Source of the DNA: Cyanidioschyzon merolae
Lineage: Eukaryota
Reading direction: 5' to 3' (one strand)
Assembly: GCA_000091205.1 (NCBI GenBank)
Contig: AP006500.2
Length of the DNA stretch: 64,000 bases
This document shows positions 35,542 to 47,228 of the stretch, in pieces. The position numbers and the translations under genes were made by a program. How positions within the stretch are numbered: the stretch's first letter is position 1; each line of letters begins with the position of its first letter. Below the pieces are notes generated by a model. It had not been told where the DNA came from and did no database searches. It worked only from the letters and a program-made list of their open reading frames with translations.

Positions 35542-36720
35542 TTACACGGTTCCCGTCGGAACTGCGGCACTGTCATAAGCGCCGGGTTCGACGCTACCCA
35601 GTATACGGCCACGGCCTCGCGAGCGACGCGTTGTCGCTGCTCGATCTGGTCGATCGTCTGGACATCGCAATCGGGCAAGGAATACGTGGCGTTCTAGGGC
35701 ATCATCTTCGTCATCACCGCTTTGCCTGTATATTCGCGTCGAGTCCCGAGTCTCCGAGTCCGTGTCGGGCTCCAGCAATGGATCAGTGTAGCTGACTCGG
35801 GGCAACGTAGCAACCGCCCGGGGTTCGCATCGTCTTGTCGGTGGCTCTGGTTGCTCCAAAGACGATTTTTCATCGGCCTTGCGTTGGGCTTGCCTCCTAC
35901 CAGGCACCCTGGGCAGATGATCATCAATCGATCGCGACCGCAGCGTCTGCCTTGCGCGTGCTTGAACCGTATCTTGAAGCTTTTCGTGGTCCCCGGACAT
36001 CTCCATACGAGACGCACGCTGCAAATCATTCGTTCTCTGATGCATCCGACTGCGTATGTCACTTCGAAGCGACGACACAGCGTCTGGTGGAAGGACAGCA
36101 CCAACCGCATGGGAGCGTTTGCGCATGCCGCTGCTTGCAACGTTATGCGGGGCGGAAAAAGCATGCCTGGGTCCCTCCAGTGCCTCTGTGAGTTTCTCTG
36201 GGCTCTTGTCTGGAATATCAGCGGCACCACTGGACACTTGTTCCCGAAGCTGTCGCGCTATGCGGGCACGAAAACGCCTGATCAGTTTCAGAGCGCGCGG
36301 TGAGTGACCACCTTTCGGAAAGAGTGCCACGTATTTCACGCCCGCCGGAAAGTGCCGCACGTATTCTAGGTCTCGCTCCAGCTGCGCCTTTTTCGAGTCA
36401 TAGTCCGGAACGTCCTCCGGTCGTTCTTCCAGCAGGCGCTGAAGCTCGTTGCAGAGCTTGCGCTCCTCTCGCTTACGAATAGGAAGGTACTTACGCGTAA
36501 TAGCATCCTTTTCGGACTGGCGTTTTCTTCTATGAAGTAGACGCTGCAGACTTTCAAGTTCTTGGATTTTGGCTGCCCGCGCACCGGTAGCAAGGTTCTC
36601 CCAGCGTAGGAGACGCTCAAGTGCCCGAATGCGATTTCGAAGCGAGCGCGACCTCCGCTGAACCCCTTCCTCCAGTGCAAGAGCACCATCTTCGAAGAGT
36701 CCAACCATATCTACCTTCAA
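35542..36720 (-). CDS. rRNA-processing protein EFG1-like coiled-coil protein, tentative
   Basis: 392-aa ORF; N-terminal basic coiled coil ('RNRIRALERLLRWENL...IQELESLQRLLHRRKRQ...DYDSKKAQLERDLEYVRHFPAGVKYVALFPKG') resembles the Efg1 family; the C-terminal half has no recognisable motif. Confidence 0.35.
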   Translation of the reverse strand: MKVDMVGLFEDGALALEEGVQRRSRSLRNRIRALERLLRWENLATGARAAKIQELESLQRLLHRRKRQSEKDAITRKYLPIRKREERKLCNELQRLLEERPEDVPDYDSKKAQLERDLEYVRHFPAGVKYVALFPKGGHSPRALKLIRRFRARIARQLREQVSSGAADIPDKSPEKLTEALEGPRHAFSAPHNVASSGMRKRSHAVGAVLPPDAVSSLRSDIRSRMHQRTNDLQRASRMEMSGDHEKLQDTVQARARQTLRSRSIDDHLPRVPGRRQAQRKADEKSSLEQPEPPTRRCEPRAVATLPRVSYTDPLLEPDTDSETRDSTRIYRQSGDDEDDALERHVFLARLRCPDDRPDRAATTRRSRGRGRILGSVEPGAYDSAAVPTGTV

Positions 36721-37104
36721 CTGACGGACATAGTATGCATCCCAGCAGAGTCTTGTAGTTAGCTAAAAAGCGTCGACGCAAGGGCCCACAATCCCCCCAG
36801 TCCGCTTACGTGCTGCTTCGAGCGCGCTCGCAGATGGATACCAGCGAAGGGGTTCGATGTCCACGACCTGCCAAAACTTACCCTAATCTAGACTTCATTT
36901 GATGCGCACCGCGGCATTTTCTTCCTGTTTGCGATCAGGCCGCTTCCAGTTTTTAGCCTATACTCCTAGGCTCATTCATCGAGCCATCTGGACTTTTGCG
37001 AGCAGCCCGGTAGCGCGTGCCGTGCACGCGTGGATTTGCCAAGTGCCGCGTCGTCTCTGCAAGGAGAGTCGGTTGCGCTCCGGTTTATAGAGGCGAGGAA
37101 TGTC

Positions 37105-39720
37105 CTATGGCTCCTGGAAAGAGACTCGTTGGCTGCGTCGAGCCGTTCCAATATCACAGGCGTTCACCTTGGCAGCGAATCGCAGACTGCAGAGCGACTC
37201 GGGGAAACTCTCCGCTGTTGGGCTTATATTCACAAACATGAGTGTCTTTGAGTCACCGCCAAGCGAGTCTTGGAGCAAAAAAGTCAGCTTGCTGTTGCGA
37301 AATGGTACGTGTTTGTCCTTGTTCGCCAAGGCGGCGATCACATCTCCCAAGGCGCTCAGTGACTTGTTGATGTGCTGGGTCTCGCGAAGACGTTCGCCCT
37401 CGCTGCCGCTGCGCGCAAGCCGTTCGCTTCCGGCTAGATCGATCAAGTTCAGTAGACCGTGGATTTTCTGCTGCATTTCGCGATTCTCTCCCCGAATGTA
37501 CAGGCGAAAGACGGAATGCGAACGCGATGAGCGCTCGTTCATATTTGTTGAGGCGGTCATACGGTTGCGGGCGCTGATCGTCAAGAGGCGTTCTACGTCG
37601 TCAGCATTGCGGACTTGCACCATTTGCAAATCACTAACATAGGTACTGCCAGTGGCTCGATCCACCTTAATGGTGTATTTGTTCGTTTCGGAAGTCTCCG
37701 TCGACGCGGAGCCGTTGTCTTTCGCAAGCAAATCCCGAATATGCTCGTTATAGATCTCCAAAAAGCAAGCCTCGAAGGAGAACGTGAAGCCTTGCTCGGA
37801 GAGCCTAGCAGCATGGGCGAAAACCTGGCGCACCGAGAGCGGAATCATGCCCGGATTTTGCCGATCACCGATCATCGTGAACGTCTTCCCGCTCCCCGTT
37901 TGCCCGTACGCGAAAATGCAGACTTTGTAACCGTCCAGAGCACTCTGAACAAGTTGAGATATCTCTTCAAATACCTGGACTTGAGTGGAAGAAGCATCGA
38001 AAACTCGATCAAACTGGAATACCCATCTTGGTCGATCGTGCGTTGCAGCAGTGGATGCTACCTCTCCGCCGGACGACGGGCGATCAGTCCGGAAGCAGCT
38101 GCCACGCTTCTGATCACAAGGCGCATACACTTCGAGGCCTCTACCGGAAGAGCGCGCAACCGGTTGGAAGAGTACATCGGGGTTGCATTGGCGTTCTTCA
38201 GACAACAATGGACGTATTCGACAGAAAACTCGTATATTTCCCTTCAGTTCTTGAACCATGTTGTGGAGTTCTCGTCGAACCTTTTCATCTTCCCGAGCTT
38301 GCTCCTCAAGCTCCCGGACCATTTGTTCCCGATCCGCAAGCTTTGCGCGAAGTTCCATGATCTCGTTGTCATTCTGTTCGAAACGTTGTTCATGCGAACC
38401 CAGCATGGCTTCCATAGAGAGCTTCTCTGCTCGTATAGTTTGCAACGCAGTCTCGAGACTTTGACAAGCCGCTTTCAACGCAGCATTATCTTGACGGCAC
38501 CGTTCGAGCGCTTGCTCGATCGCTTGTTTGGCCTCCTCTGCGCTGCGAAGTTCGTTGCGCAAACACAGCAGATCACTGTCAAGCTGCCTGCATTTTTGCT
38601 CGTGCTCGCTTTGACGCTCCAGATTCTCCCGCATTTGAGTCTCTAAGAGACGAACGCGATCACGGAACGCGTTGGCTTCCGATTCTTTCTCAGCCAAGTG
38701 CAACCGTAGACGTTCGCATTCTTGACGCACTTCATCCGCATGGACTCGCTCCTTATGGATGGATTGGCGGATTTTTTCGGCAGACTCCTCCTCTAATTGC
38801 AGACGCACTCGAGCAATTTCAGCGTCTTTTTCCTCAACGATTCGCAACCGCTGCCGTTTTTCTGCCGCAAGAGCCTCCTCCAGCTCGGCACAGTCGCGCT
38901 CTAGCGCACGCAGTTTCCCCAGCTCTTTCTCGCTGAGGTGCTGCTGTTGCGAGCGGGCTTCCTCGAGTTCCTTTGCTAGTTGCCGCATGCGCCTTTCAGT
39001 CTCCTGCAGAGCATTTTTAAGCTCCATGACTTCCCGCTCTATCATTTGTTTTGCCAGACGCTCTGTTTGCAAAGCGTTCACAACCTGAGCCTTTTCGAGC
39101 TGTAACGAATCGATGAGGTGCTTCTGCGACGAGATCATGGTATGCAACGCCTCCATCTCCGCCGCTGCAGCGCCTTGGCCGCGGTTATATCCCGCTGGCG
39201 CAGCACTGCTCGAAAGCTGCTTCTGGTGTAGACGGATCATGGCTTGCAGACGTCGTTCCTGCTCTTCCATTCGCCGCCGTGTCTCCTCTATAAACGTCGA
39301 CAGCTGCGATGGCCCCGATTCACTCGGGAGCGACGTGTGAGGGAGACTGGCGGGAAACTGAGACGTTAGTTGCAAACCGGAGGCCGCAGGGCCGGCACCC
39401 TTACCCGTGTCTTCCGTCACAGGCGTTTCTGATCGAGACTCAACCGTTTGCCCGACTGGCTCCTTAGACGCGGCCGGTGCCGACCCGGCTGCCTTGCAGC
39501 CACCTTCGCCGTCACTGTTTCCGGGGGCCTTATTCTCACGCTCTACCACAGTGCTCGCAGCACCAGTGCGAGTCAAAAGCAGGCTGCCTACGCCCTCCAG
39601 CGAAGTGTTGATCGGGGTTGGTGGGCGCAGTCGCGAGGCTGGAACCCTGTCTCGAATCATTGCGCAGGCGCACTTGTGACGAGACCTTTGCCTTGCGGCT
39701 TTAACAAGAAACTTTTGCAC
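37105..39720 (-). CDS. kinesin-14 (C-terminal motor, KIFC1/Kar3/Ncd-type)
   Basis: 871-aa ORF: N-terminal Ala/Glu/Arg-rich coiled-coil stalk, then a C-terminal motor with 'NIRVFCRIRPL', P-loop 'GQTGSGKT', switch I 'SSRSHSV', switch II 'LIDLAGSE' and 'HVPFRNSKLTFLLQDSLGG'; TAG stop. Confidence 0.9.
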   Translation of the reverse strand: MQKFLVKAARQRSRHKCACAMIRDRVPASRLRPPTPINTSLEGVGSLLLTRTGAASTVVERENKAPGNSDGEGGCKAAGSAPAASKEPVGQTVESRSETPVTEDTGKGAGPAASGLQLTSQFPASLPHTSLPSESGPSQLSTFIEETRRRMEEQERRLQAMIRLHQKQLSSSAAPAGYNRGQGAAAAEMEALHTMISSQKHLIDSLQLEKAQVVNALQTERLAKQMIEREVMELKNALQETERRMRQLAKELEEARSQQQHLSEKELGKLRALERDCAELEEALAAEKRQRLRIVEEKDAEIARVRLQLEEESAEKIRQSIHKERVHADEVRQECERLRLHLAEKESEANAFRDRVRLLETQMRENLERQSEHEQKCRQLDSDLLCLRNELRSAEEAKQAIEQALERCRQDNAALKAACQSLETALQTIRAEKLSMEAMLGSHEQRFEQNDNEIMELRAKLADREQMVRELEEQAREDEKVRRELHNMVQELKGNIRVFCRIRPLLSEERQCNPDVLFQPVARSSGRGLEVYAPCDQKRGSCFRTDRPSSGGEVASTAATHDRPRWVFQFDRVFDASSTQVQVFEEISQLVQSALDGYKVCIFAYGQTGSGKTFTMIGDRQNPGMIPLSVRQVFAHAARLSEQGFTFSFEACFLEIYNEHIRDLLAKDNGSASTETSETNKYTIKVDRATGSTYVSDLQMVQVRNADDVERLLTISARNRMTASTNMNERSSRSHSVFRLYIRGENREMQQKIHGLLNLIDLAGSERLARSGSEGERLRETQHINKSLSALGDVIAALANKDKHVPFRNSKLTFLLQDSLGGDSKTLMFVNISPTAESFPESLCSLRFAAKVNACDIGTARRSQRVSFQEP

Positions 39721-39921
39721 AAGTAGCCAGATTTGTGTCTGTAAATGTCACCAAGAAGTAACTATATGACGCGAAAAAGCGCGGACTGTGTCTGCGTCGT
39801 TTTGGAGGCCTGCTTTGTGGTGCGCTGTATGCAGAACAACGTGTCGCTGAACCCCAGCGACTTCCAATGAGGCATTCAAATTGCGCAACGGTTTCATGGC
39901 CGGACACACCGGCGTCGCTGC

Positions 39922-40053
39922 TGCAGCGCTGCCGGATAGATTTCTCACGAGAGGGACATAGATAGATAAATATGTATAAAAGGGTTTTTATGACGTAGGA
40001 CGGCGCCCGCAGCGCTGCCGGATTGATTTCTCACGAGAGGGCCATAGATAGAC
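39922..40053. repeat. pair of ~46-bp direct repeats 86 bp apart, upstream of the kinesin-14 gene
   Basis: 'gcagcgctgccggatagatttctcacgagagggacatagatagat' (39922-39967) and 'gcagcgctgccggattgatttctcacgagagggccatagatagac' (40008-40053). Confidence 0.8.
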
Positions 40054-43000
40054 AATTAGTCAAAAAGGCGTACTTATGCAGCGGGGCGGTACCTGGATCG
40101 CTGCAGGATCGATCCGCTGCGAGCTGTATATCATTAGATAACGTGGACCTATGTGTGTTCGCACAACGCAGCGTCGAGGATTCGAAGATGCCGTCCGCGC
40201 GGCTTTTTACGTCGAAACCTAAGGAAATACGAAAGGCGATTCCCCGCGATAGCATACACGCCATCTCGACTCACGTCTTGTCATCCAAATATCTCTCAGG
40301 CACTTGTGCAAAGGCTACTTTACAACCAGCCTTAAAAGATATACCCTCAAACTTACAAAGCGTAGAGCGGTGAGTGCAATCTACCCGAAAAGGGAGAACT
40401 GCAGCTCTACAAATGGATTCCAATTGGTGCTTCTTCATTATTTGTAGTATCCTCCGGTTGTTGAGCTATAGGCGGCGAGTACTTCCTCAAATAAGATTCA
40501 TCAAGATTAGAGATGCTTTTAACGCTCAGAGGCAAGAGAGTCCAAAGGCCGACTTGGCGTCCGCATCGAAGTCGGACACCTAAGTGAGAATGAAATGAAA
40601 GCGGTCCCCTCACTGAACGCGACCGTGCACGCTGAGGTTCATGTCTCTTTCCAATGTAATCAACACCAGCAGCTGCAGGCTTTTTGTTTGACAGCTTCCT
40701 TTTCCTCCCATTTGTATCCAGCTTTGAATATGCCAGTCTCTCCTTCCAGATCACTTGTTTGCTGTGGAAGGACCTTGACGGCAGCATTAAGGTCCCACTG
40801 ATGCTGTTTCCCGAGGCTTCCAACGCATTTTATGCAAACCCTGTGGTGTTGACGCACGCTTCGGTGGCCGTGCCCATCTTCTTTGTGTCGTGCATCGATG
40901 CGCCTTTCGCACGGTAGCACTCGGCCGTGGTTAGGTGCCCCAACGTGACCATCACAGCTCGTCTTCCGAGGGCCACTCTGTGGCGCGTGATCGCTTGCGA
41001 TAGCGCTAGGTTTATGCCCTTGTCGAGGACAGATGGCAACCCTTGATGCTTTTCTCCATTTCCGCATCCGGTTCGGCACCCTAAGATCACGGGCTCCTTC
41101 TTTGAGATCTTCTCAATGCGTACGCTGACGGCTGCACGGAGAAGCGCGCGATTTCCATTCGAAAGAGAATTTGTGGAACGCAGTCTTGTCCGAGATGAAA
41201 AAAATATCGGCAGGAAAATCCAGGCCAGAGAACAAATCTAGAAACTGTCATTCGTGCACATTCCTTTTCTAAGACGGAGCGACACGCGCTTCACATGACG
41301 CGATCTCTACGATGACCAGAGTTTGGCTCCAAGAATCTTTTCCATGCAAAAAGAGCAGAAGAGATGGGAGCATCTGTAAGCATATCCCGTCGCAAATGCT
41401 ATGCTGCTGTCGAATGGCGTTTCTTTGATGGATACAAAGGGCGGTGGATTTGTATTTCGATCAGCATTGATACTTTGACGTGACAACTACAATGGATTTT
41501 CAGTGTACGCTTGTGAAAAGCCTTAAGTTCAGTGGCTCGAGTAGGCGCGCTCACAACTCGTCTCGAAACGGGAAGATCGAGAATTTTAAGAATGCGTGAT
41601 CTAGGCATACACCGCCTAAGGGCAGGAGAGGGAAGGAGGCATGTACACATGGACTAGATAACACTATCAGTTTTTCCTCAAACGCATGTTCGATGGCATC
41701 CCGGATCATCTTGATTCCTGTACCCAAATGAGCTTCGGCGGCAACGATATGAGGGACCAACTCCGAAAAGACGACCGAGAACCATGAAAATAAGTCTAAA
41801 TAAGTTGACCCTCCTTGTTACTCTTCTATTTTCAAGGCGACATACCGAAGGAAAACTTCAGGGAAAAATCGAAATACAGGAACGGAACGAGAAGTTCGGT
41901 GTTCTCATTCACTGCGACACGGGTGTGGCTCGTCACCTCAAAGAGCATTGAAAACGTTTCTATCCTAAACGAAAACGTTACCTGCAGGGATACCATCGAC
42001 GATTCGTCAACTACGACTGGCACCCGCGAAGAACTACACCATTCATGCTCCTGCCAGTGAATTGCGCTATCGCTGTCAGGAATTCAGGGAAATGAGCTCC
42101 AACTGAACTCGCCCCAGCAGCCTGTGACGCGAGTTTCGCTGCTTGCATAAAGTTCGCTGACATATGCGTTCCTATATCCAGATGGGCTGTACATATCCCC
42201 CGAAGGCGTACCATCAGGAAAACAAAATAGGAAACTTGTCGAGCTACGGCACTGGGCGATCGCAAAGGTCTAGCGAGGCCGCCTAACCTAAAGCAGGCAC
42301 TCACAGGCGTAGGTACGGGACAGAACCTCTATTCTAGGGGATCGCTAGCGAGCAGACGCCCTCCAGAGCGACCCCGCGTCATCGCAAGGTCTCGGCACCC
42401 GGTAGCGTTAGAACAGAGCACAATCTCAAGTAGCCGACGGGGGGCAGGGTATCTGTAGCAGTAACGAACGCTCGTGAGTCCTAAACTTGAGTGGTTCAAG
42501 CTCCATCGTACTTGAACAACAGCCTCAACACGTCCGCACGCTGAACCACGACAGGAACCTAGTGCACCGCTCGGCCCGCGCTGCGTTCACTCGACCTCTC
42601 CAGCCGACTGCAAGCTCCAACGTTAGAAAGCAGCCACGACGCCAAAACGGTTCCGTCTCGGTGTTCGTGTTGATCCCGACGCGCACCACAGCCTTGGAGC
42701 AGTGCACGGTTAGCAAACTGCGCAATGTCGCTTGCGGCTGCCAGTGTTTCTGATCTCACCGCTTTGCCTCACTGGAGAGGCCAGGCTACTGGTCGCCCTC
42801 CACGGTGTCGATACGTCCATCGCATTGTTGGTTCGTTCAGGTTCACGAGAAACGAGATACAGCGTCAGCAAAGGCTCACGTTCGATAATCATAACTGGCT
42901 CTGACGATAACAGAGTTCACCGTACGGCCTCGCTCTAGAAGTCGCCTGCTGCTCGAACGCCACCGTTTGCCGAAACATCTATATGATATTCCATGTAGAT

Positions 43001-43324
43001 ACTCCAAAGTTTCCTGTCATACTAGAGAGTCCAAGGAATATAACGTACGTTTCCACGTCTTCGTCGATTTGCTGCTGTACGCTCGAAGGCACAGCGTCTA
43101 TACAGAATAGCTTTGAAGCGCGGTGTACGCACGCGCGATGCGCTGCGCTGCGCGCCCAGATGGCACCCGGGTTCGGATTCGTTCGCGTTATCTCCCCGAA
43201 CGTTGCCGGTACGCGGCAAACGTGTACCATAAACCGCACTTGGGAGGCTGTCACTACGATTCGTGACTGTGAGTGCCACTGATAGAACCGGAACGAGTTT
43301 GTAGCGAAGACCAAGGTTAGTGCG

Positions 43325-46300
43325 GTGTCGTTCGCGGTGGCAATGGCGTTCGTTACTTTCGGGGTCGTGTCTGGAGGCACCGGGCGGCAACCGCTAGCTG
43401 ACAGGTCACCGGCGTTCTTGAATCAGCACCCAAGAAAGACAAGCCGATCGGTGCGGTGTCGACGGCGAAGATTCTCGCGTAAAGTGTCTCGAAGATGTCT
43501 GCTGAAGCTCTGCAGCGTTGCTGAACGACAGTCATCCGACTCGGTGCGACGAGAGCAGGGACAGAAGCGGGGCAGCAGTAGCAGCGCCAGCAGCCGTGAT
43601 GAGCGCTATGCGCGGAACGCAGCGGAACAGCGCCAGGCAAGCGACTCTGTATCGACGGAGACGCGAGCCCGAGTGTCTCGAGCGCTCCTACAGGGCGCGC
43701 AGGGGGTGGGCCTCGGCCTCTACTGGATTGCTCGGCAAGCGGTGCGTGTATGTGTGCCGATGGCTCGCTCGGCGTTTAGCCAGCTGTCAACGCTTGTGCA
43801 AGACCATTCCAGTCGCGCGTTCACCTCAGTGGGGGTCCAATCACAGCCAGAACCGCATCATAAGCCGTACGTTGCATCTGAAGCGGACGAGGCAGCGCGG
43901 GCGCGGCCTAACGACACAGCCGTTGGTGCGGATCGTGCTCAGCGGCGATCTAATCATAAGAAACGGGGGCCACGTTCAGGTCCACCATCGGGAGCGAATG
44001 CTCCAGAGCAAGCAGACGAGATGTCAGCTCGACTGCGGAGAAAGTACCTTCGATCGTTTGGGAGCATTCCGGAAGTTGTACTCTTTGACCTTGTCGCCGA
44101 ATGTGAAATGCGAAAGCAATTTGCGCTACCAGAGGAGACTCCATCAAATATGTCGCTTTTAGGGCAGCGAGCCTGCTATATCCCGTATGAGCTGCAGCGC
44201 ATTATTTTCGACGAAATTTTGACGCCAGATTTTGCCGCCTCTGACGCTGACCGCGATCTGTTTCAGAGCAGCAATACATCCATTCCGCTCGGCGCCAAAC
44301 ACACGTTGCGAGCTACAGACGGCTCAGCGGCGTCCACCCCGAGAGCACCCGAGGTCGCTGTGCCGGTTCCCGTTCATATCATGGATTCGCTGGTGGCGGC
44401 TGTGGCACCCTGGAGCGCCGGCACTGGGAGTCCGGGGAGCGCACCAAAGGCGGCAAATTCGCCGAATGATTGGAGTCAAACTGCGACAGCGCCTCGAGTC
44501 GGGGTCCAGGGCGAGTCGCCGGCATCTACTTCCAACCTGGACGATATGGTACCTGCAGCAGCAGCAGCAGCGGCAGCAGCAGCAGGGCAAGTATCCGTGG
44601 ATTCTTCCGCCCGCAGGGGCAGCATGCTGTACATCCCGATATCGGCGCTCGGGAGCTTGTGGCAAGCCATCTCGGCAATGAGTGCGGGCGGACGCAAACG
44701 GCGCGAGGAGGCGCAACGTATTCGTACGTACTCGAATGCCGCCGACGCTATGGCTCGCGAGGATGCCGTTATGGCGGGTCTCGCTGGCGCAGACGGTGGA
44801 AGCACCATGGCCTCGGCATTTGCAACAGCGAGCGCCATTATGGCGAGCACACCGACGCGATCGCCATCGATACCCGTGCAGGGCGCCGAGGCTGGAACTA
44901 CCGCTAGTACGCGCGAAACGGAACAGAAGGCCTCGCGTCCAACAAATGGATCCGTGGAATCAATCGAGGTATTGAGCAGACCGCAGGCATCGGCTGCCAA
45001 CTTGGGCAATCAGCAGAAGCGAGATCGCACGGAGTCGAAAGAGGGGACGGGTGCGAAGCAGAGCGCACCAGTGAACCCGTCATCAGCGTCTGCTGCATCC
45101 GCTGCAGCTACCAGTACAGAAGTAGCTGCAGCGGATGCAGCAGAAAGTCCTCTGTCGAAAGACAAGACGAGAAACTGGTGGTCGACGCTTTTCTCGTTTA
45201 CTTGGCCACGCCCGCGGAACGCTGTCGACTCGGGATCTGCGACTGCGACTAACTCGGAGGATCATGCAATTGAATCCATCCAGCGCCTGTTGCTTTCACG
45301 ACATTACGGGGCAGGCGCTGGCCATGGCCCTGTGGATGCTGCCGTCTTCGATGAGCTCGTCGATCGAGTGGAGCAGCTGACGCTTCGCGCTGCAGCAGAA
45401 GCGGCCATGGCGATTCGCACGCGAAAACAAGCCATTGCATTTCTGGAAGAGGTAGGTGTGGCACCGTTGTTGAATGCACTGAGCATGACGGACTCGCTGC
45501 AGCTCTCGAGGCCGGATGCTGGACGCCGCAGGAACAGCAACAGCAACACCAACCTAGACGATGAAACCGCATCACAGAGAAAGCGCCCACAACAAGAACA
45601 GCAACGTGAAGCCGCCTTCACGGTATCCCTAGCTGTGGCTGCACTCGCAAATCTGACCAACGTCTTGCCTCGCTGCAAACCGCAAATCCTTCGTTATCCA
45701 GGCCTCTTGGATGGTCTGTTGCGTATCTTGGAAGCACCGGTAGCCGGAGAGTCATGGGAGATGCAAGGCAAGTGGAGCGCATGTATGCTCATCGGCACCC
45801 TGATGATGGATGCTGCCACGAGCGATCGTGCCCTCTTCTTCCGGAATCGTCGACTGGTTCGCGTGCTCGAGTCCATGGCAGGCGGCACACGGGTCGGCTA
45901 CCCGGAGGATGTTGCACGGGCATCGCGTCGGGCGCTCGCTTGTCTGGGCGTGCATCACTGGAGGCCGCGCGTTCGAGGCCAGCGCGGTTTGCGCATCCTT
46001 GCACTTGACGGAGGTGGCACTCGGGCGCTCATGTCTTTCGAGATTCTGAAGCACCTAACCAAATTGACTGGCTGCCAGTTGCATGAAATGTTCGATATCA
46101 TTTGCGGAACCTCGACGGGGGCGATTATTGCCGGCTCGTTGGGGATTCGCCGGCGTCCAGTTGAGGAGGTCGAGAGCCTCTACCGTGAACTAATCGGCAA
46201 AATTTTCGCCAAAAAGCTGAGCAGTGCGCCGAAAATGTTGCTCACTCGGGCCTACTACGATACGGACTTGTTTGAGAGCATTCTGAAACGTGAGGCAGGC

Positions 46301-47197
46301 TCATTGCGGATGATTGATTCCACCATGGACCGGGATATGAACTACGTGTTCTTCGTAAGCTCCGTGATGAATCGACGTCCGCACCAGCTGCATCTGTTTC
46401 GAAACTATTGCCACGCACCAGGCCAGGAGTCCAGATACCCAGGGACTGTGGATGCAACCCTATGGCAGGGTATGCGGGCCTCGTCGGCGGCTCCGACGTT
46501 TTTTTCGGAAATTGTATTGAATGGACTCATTCACGCAGATGGAGCTCTGGTTGCGAATAATCCCGCAGGGGTGGCAGCGCACGAGGCACGCCGCTTGTTC
46601 CCGAATGTGCCTATCGAGCTCTTGGTGAGCGTGGGAACCGGAGTCGCCGAGAAGACTAGCCCTCTATCGCCGCTAAGCACCACGGACAGTGGTGTGTCCA
46701 CGGGCACCAGAGAGGGCAGCGGTGGCGACGGCGGTGCCTCAACCGAGAGCGAAGCTGCGAGTGCGCTTCGTGAAGCTGCCACGACTTCGGCGATTTCCGC
46801 AAGTGGTGGTGATGGTGCAGATGCCGCAGCTGCTGCCGTCCCGAGCCGAATGAGCTGGAACGACGTGATCAACTCGATTGTGGACTCTGCAGTCGGCACC
46901 GAGAGTGTGCATCACATCCTGGAAGATGTGTTGCCTGCAGATGTTTATTTTCGATGCAATCCAGAGATCAGCGTGATGAATATTGATGAGGTTCGTCCCG
47001 GCAAGCTCATGGAAATGATTCGATGTGCACAGGACTACATCGCCGCGAATGCTGATCGCTTTGATGAGTTAGCGGCACGGCTGCGCCCGAAAATGCCCCA
47101 GAATTTACTAGAACGGATCCGTTTTGAGCTGCAACAGGAGGCCAGTCTGATTCTCGACTTGGACGATGCACGGGAAGGGCCACTTCCTGCGCTTTAG
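43325..47197 (+). CDS. patatin-like phospholipase with an N-terminal armadillo-like helical region (iPLA2/PLAI-like)
   Basis: 1290-aa ORF; patatin motifs 'ILALDGGGTRALMSFEILKHL' (GGGxR), 'ICGTSTGAIIAG' (GxSxG) and 'DGALVANNP' (DGA/G dyad); preceded by ARM-like repeats ('LANLTNVLPRCKPQILRYPGLLDGLLRILE'). Confidence 0.75.
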   Translation: MSFAVAMAFVTFGVVSGGTGRQPLADRSPAFLNQHPRKTSRSVRCRRRRFSRKVSRRCLLKLCSVAERQSSDSVRREQGQKRGSSSSASSRDERYARNAAEQRQASDSVSTETRARVSRALLQGAQGVGLGLYWIARQAVRVCVPMARSAFSQLSTLVQDHSSRAFTSVGVQSQPEPHHKPYVASEADEAARARPNDTAVGADRAQRRSNHKKRGPRSGPPSGANAPEQADEMSARLRRKYLRSFGSIPEVVLFDLVAECEMRKQFALPEETPSNMSLLGQRACYIPYELQRIIFDEILTPDFAASDADRDLFQSSNTSIPLGAKHTLRATDGSAASTPRAPEVAVPVPVHIMDSLVAAVAPWSAGTGSPGSAPKAANSPNDWSQTATAPRVGVQGESPASTSNLDDMVPAAAAAAAAAAGQVSVDSSARRGSMLYIPISALGSLWQAISAMSAGGRKRREEAQRIRTYSNAADAMAREDAVMAGLAGADGGSTMASAFATASAIMASTPTRSPSIPVQGAEAGTTASTRETEQKASRPTNGSVESIEVLSRPQASAANLGNQQKRDRTESKEGTGAKQSAPVNPSSASAASAAATSTEVAAADAAESPLSKDKTRNWWSTLFSFTWPRPRNAVDSGSATATNSEDHAIESIQRLLLSRHYGAGAGHGPVDAAVFDELVDRVEQLTLRAAAEAAMAIRTRKQAIAFLEEVGVAPLLNALSMTDSLQLSRPDAGRRRNSNSNTNLDDETASQRKRPQQEQQREAAFTVSLAVAALANLTNVLPRCKPQILRYPGLLDGLLRILEAPVAGESWEMQGKWSACMLIGTLMMDAATSDRALFFRNRRLVRVLESMAGGTRVGYPEDVARASRRALACLGVHHWRPRVRGQRGLRILALDGGGTRALMSFEILKHLTKLTGCQLHEMFDIICGTSTGAIIAGSLGIRRRPVEEVESLYRELIGKIFAKKLSSAPKMLLTRAYYDTDLFESILKREAGSLRMIDSTMDRDMNYVFFVSSVMNRRPHQLHLFRNYCHAPGQESRYPGTVDATLWQGMRASSAAPTFFSEIVLNGLIHADGALVANNPAGVAAHEARRLFPNVPIELLVSVGTGVAEKTSPLSPLSTTDSGVSTGTREGSGGDGGASTESEAASALREAATTSAISASGGDGADAAAAAVPSRMSWNDVINSIVDSAVGTESVHHILEDVLPADVYFRCNPEISVMNIDEVRPGKLMEMIRCAQDYIAANADRFDELAARLRPKMPQNLLERIRFELQQEASLILDLDDAREGPLPAL

Positions 47198-47228
47198 GGG
47201 ATGGACAAGCCACCACCGCCGTTCTAAG

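Noticed and set aside
38028-39340. Several + strand ORFs (60-340 aa) opposite the kinesin-14 gene
   Set aside because: They mirror the coiled-coil repeat composition of the kinesin stalk; the kinesin motor motifs make the - strand assignment unambiguous.
39970-39985. TATA-like 'gtataaaagg' between the two direct repeats upstream of kinesin-14
   Set aside because: It is on the + strand, i.e. wrong orientation for the leftward-transcribed kinesin gene; no convincing + strand gene follows.
40660-41090. Cys/His-rich small ORFs (40830..41090 -, 40660..41079 -) looked like possible zinc-ribbon ribosomal proteins (L37ae/L40e/S27-like)
   Set aside because: Could not align them convincingly to any of those families from memory; left unannotated.
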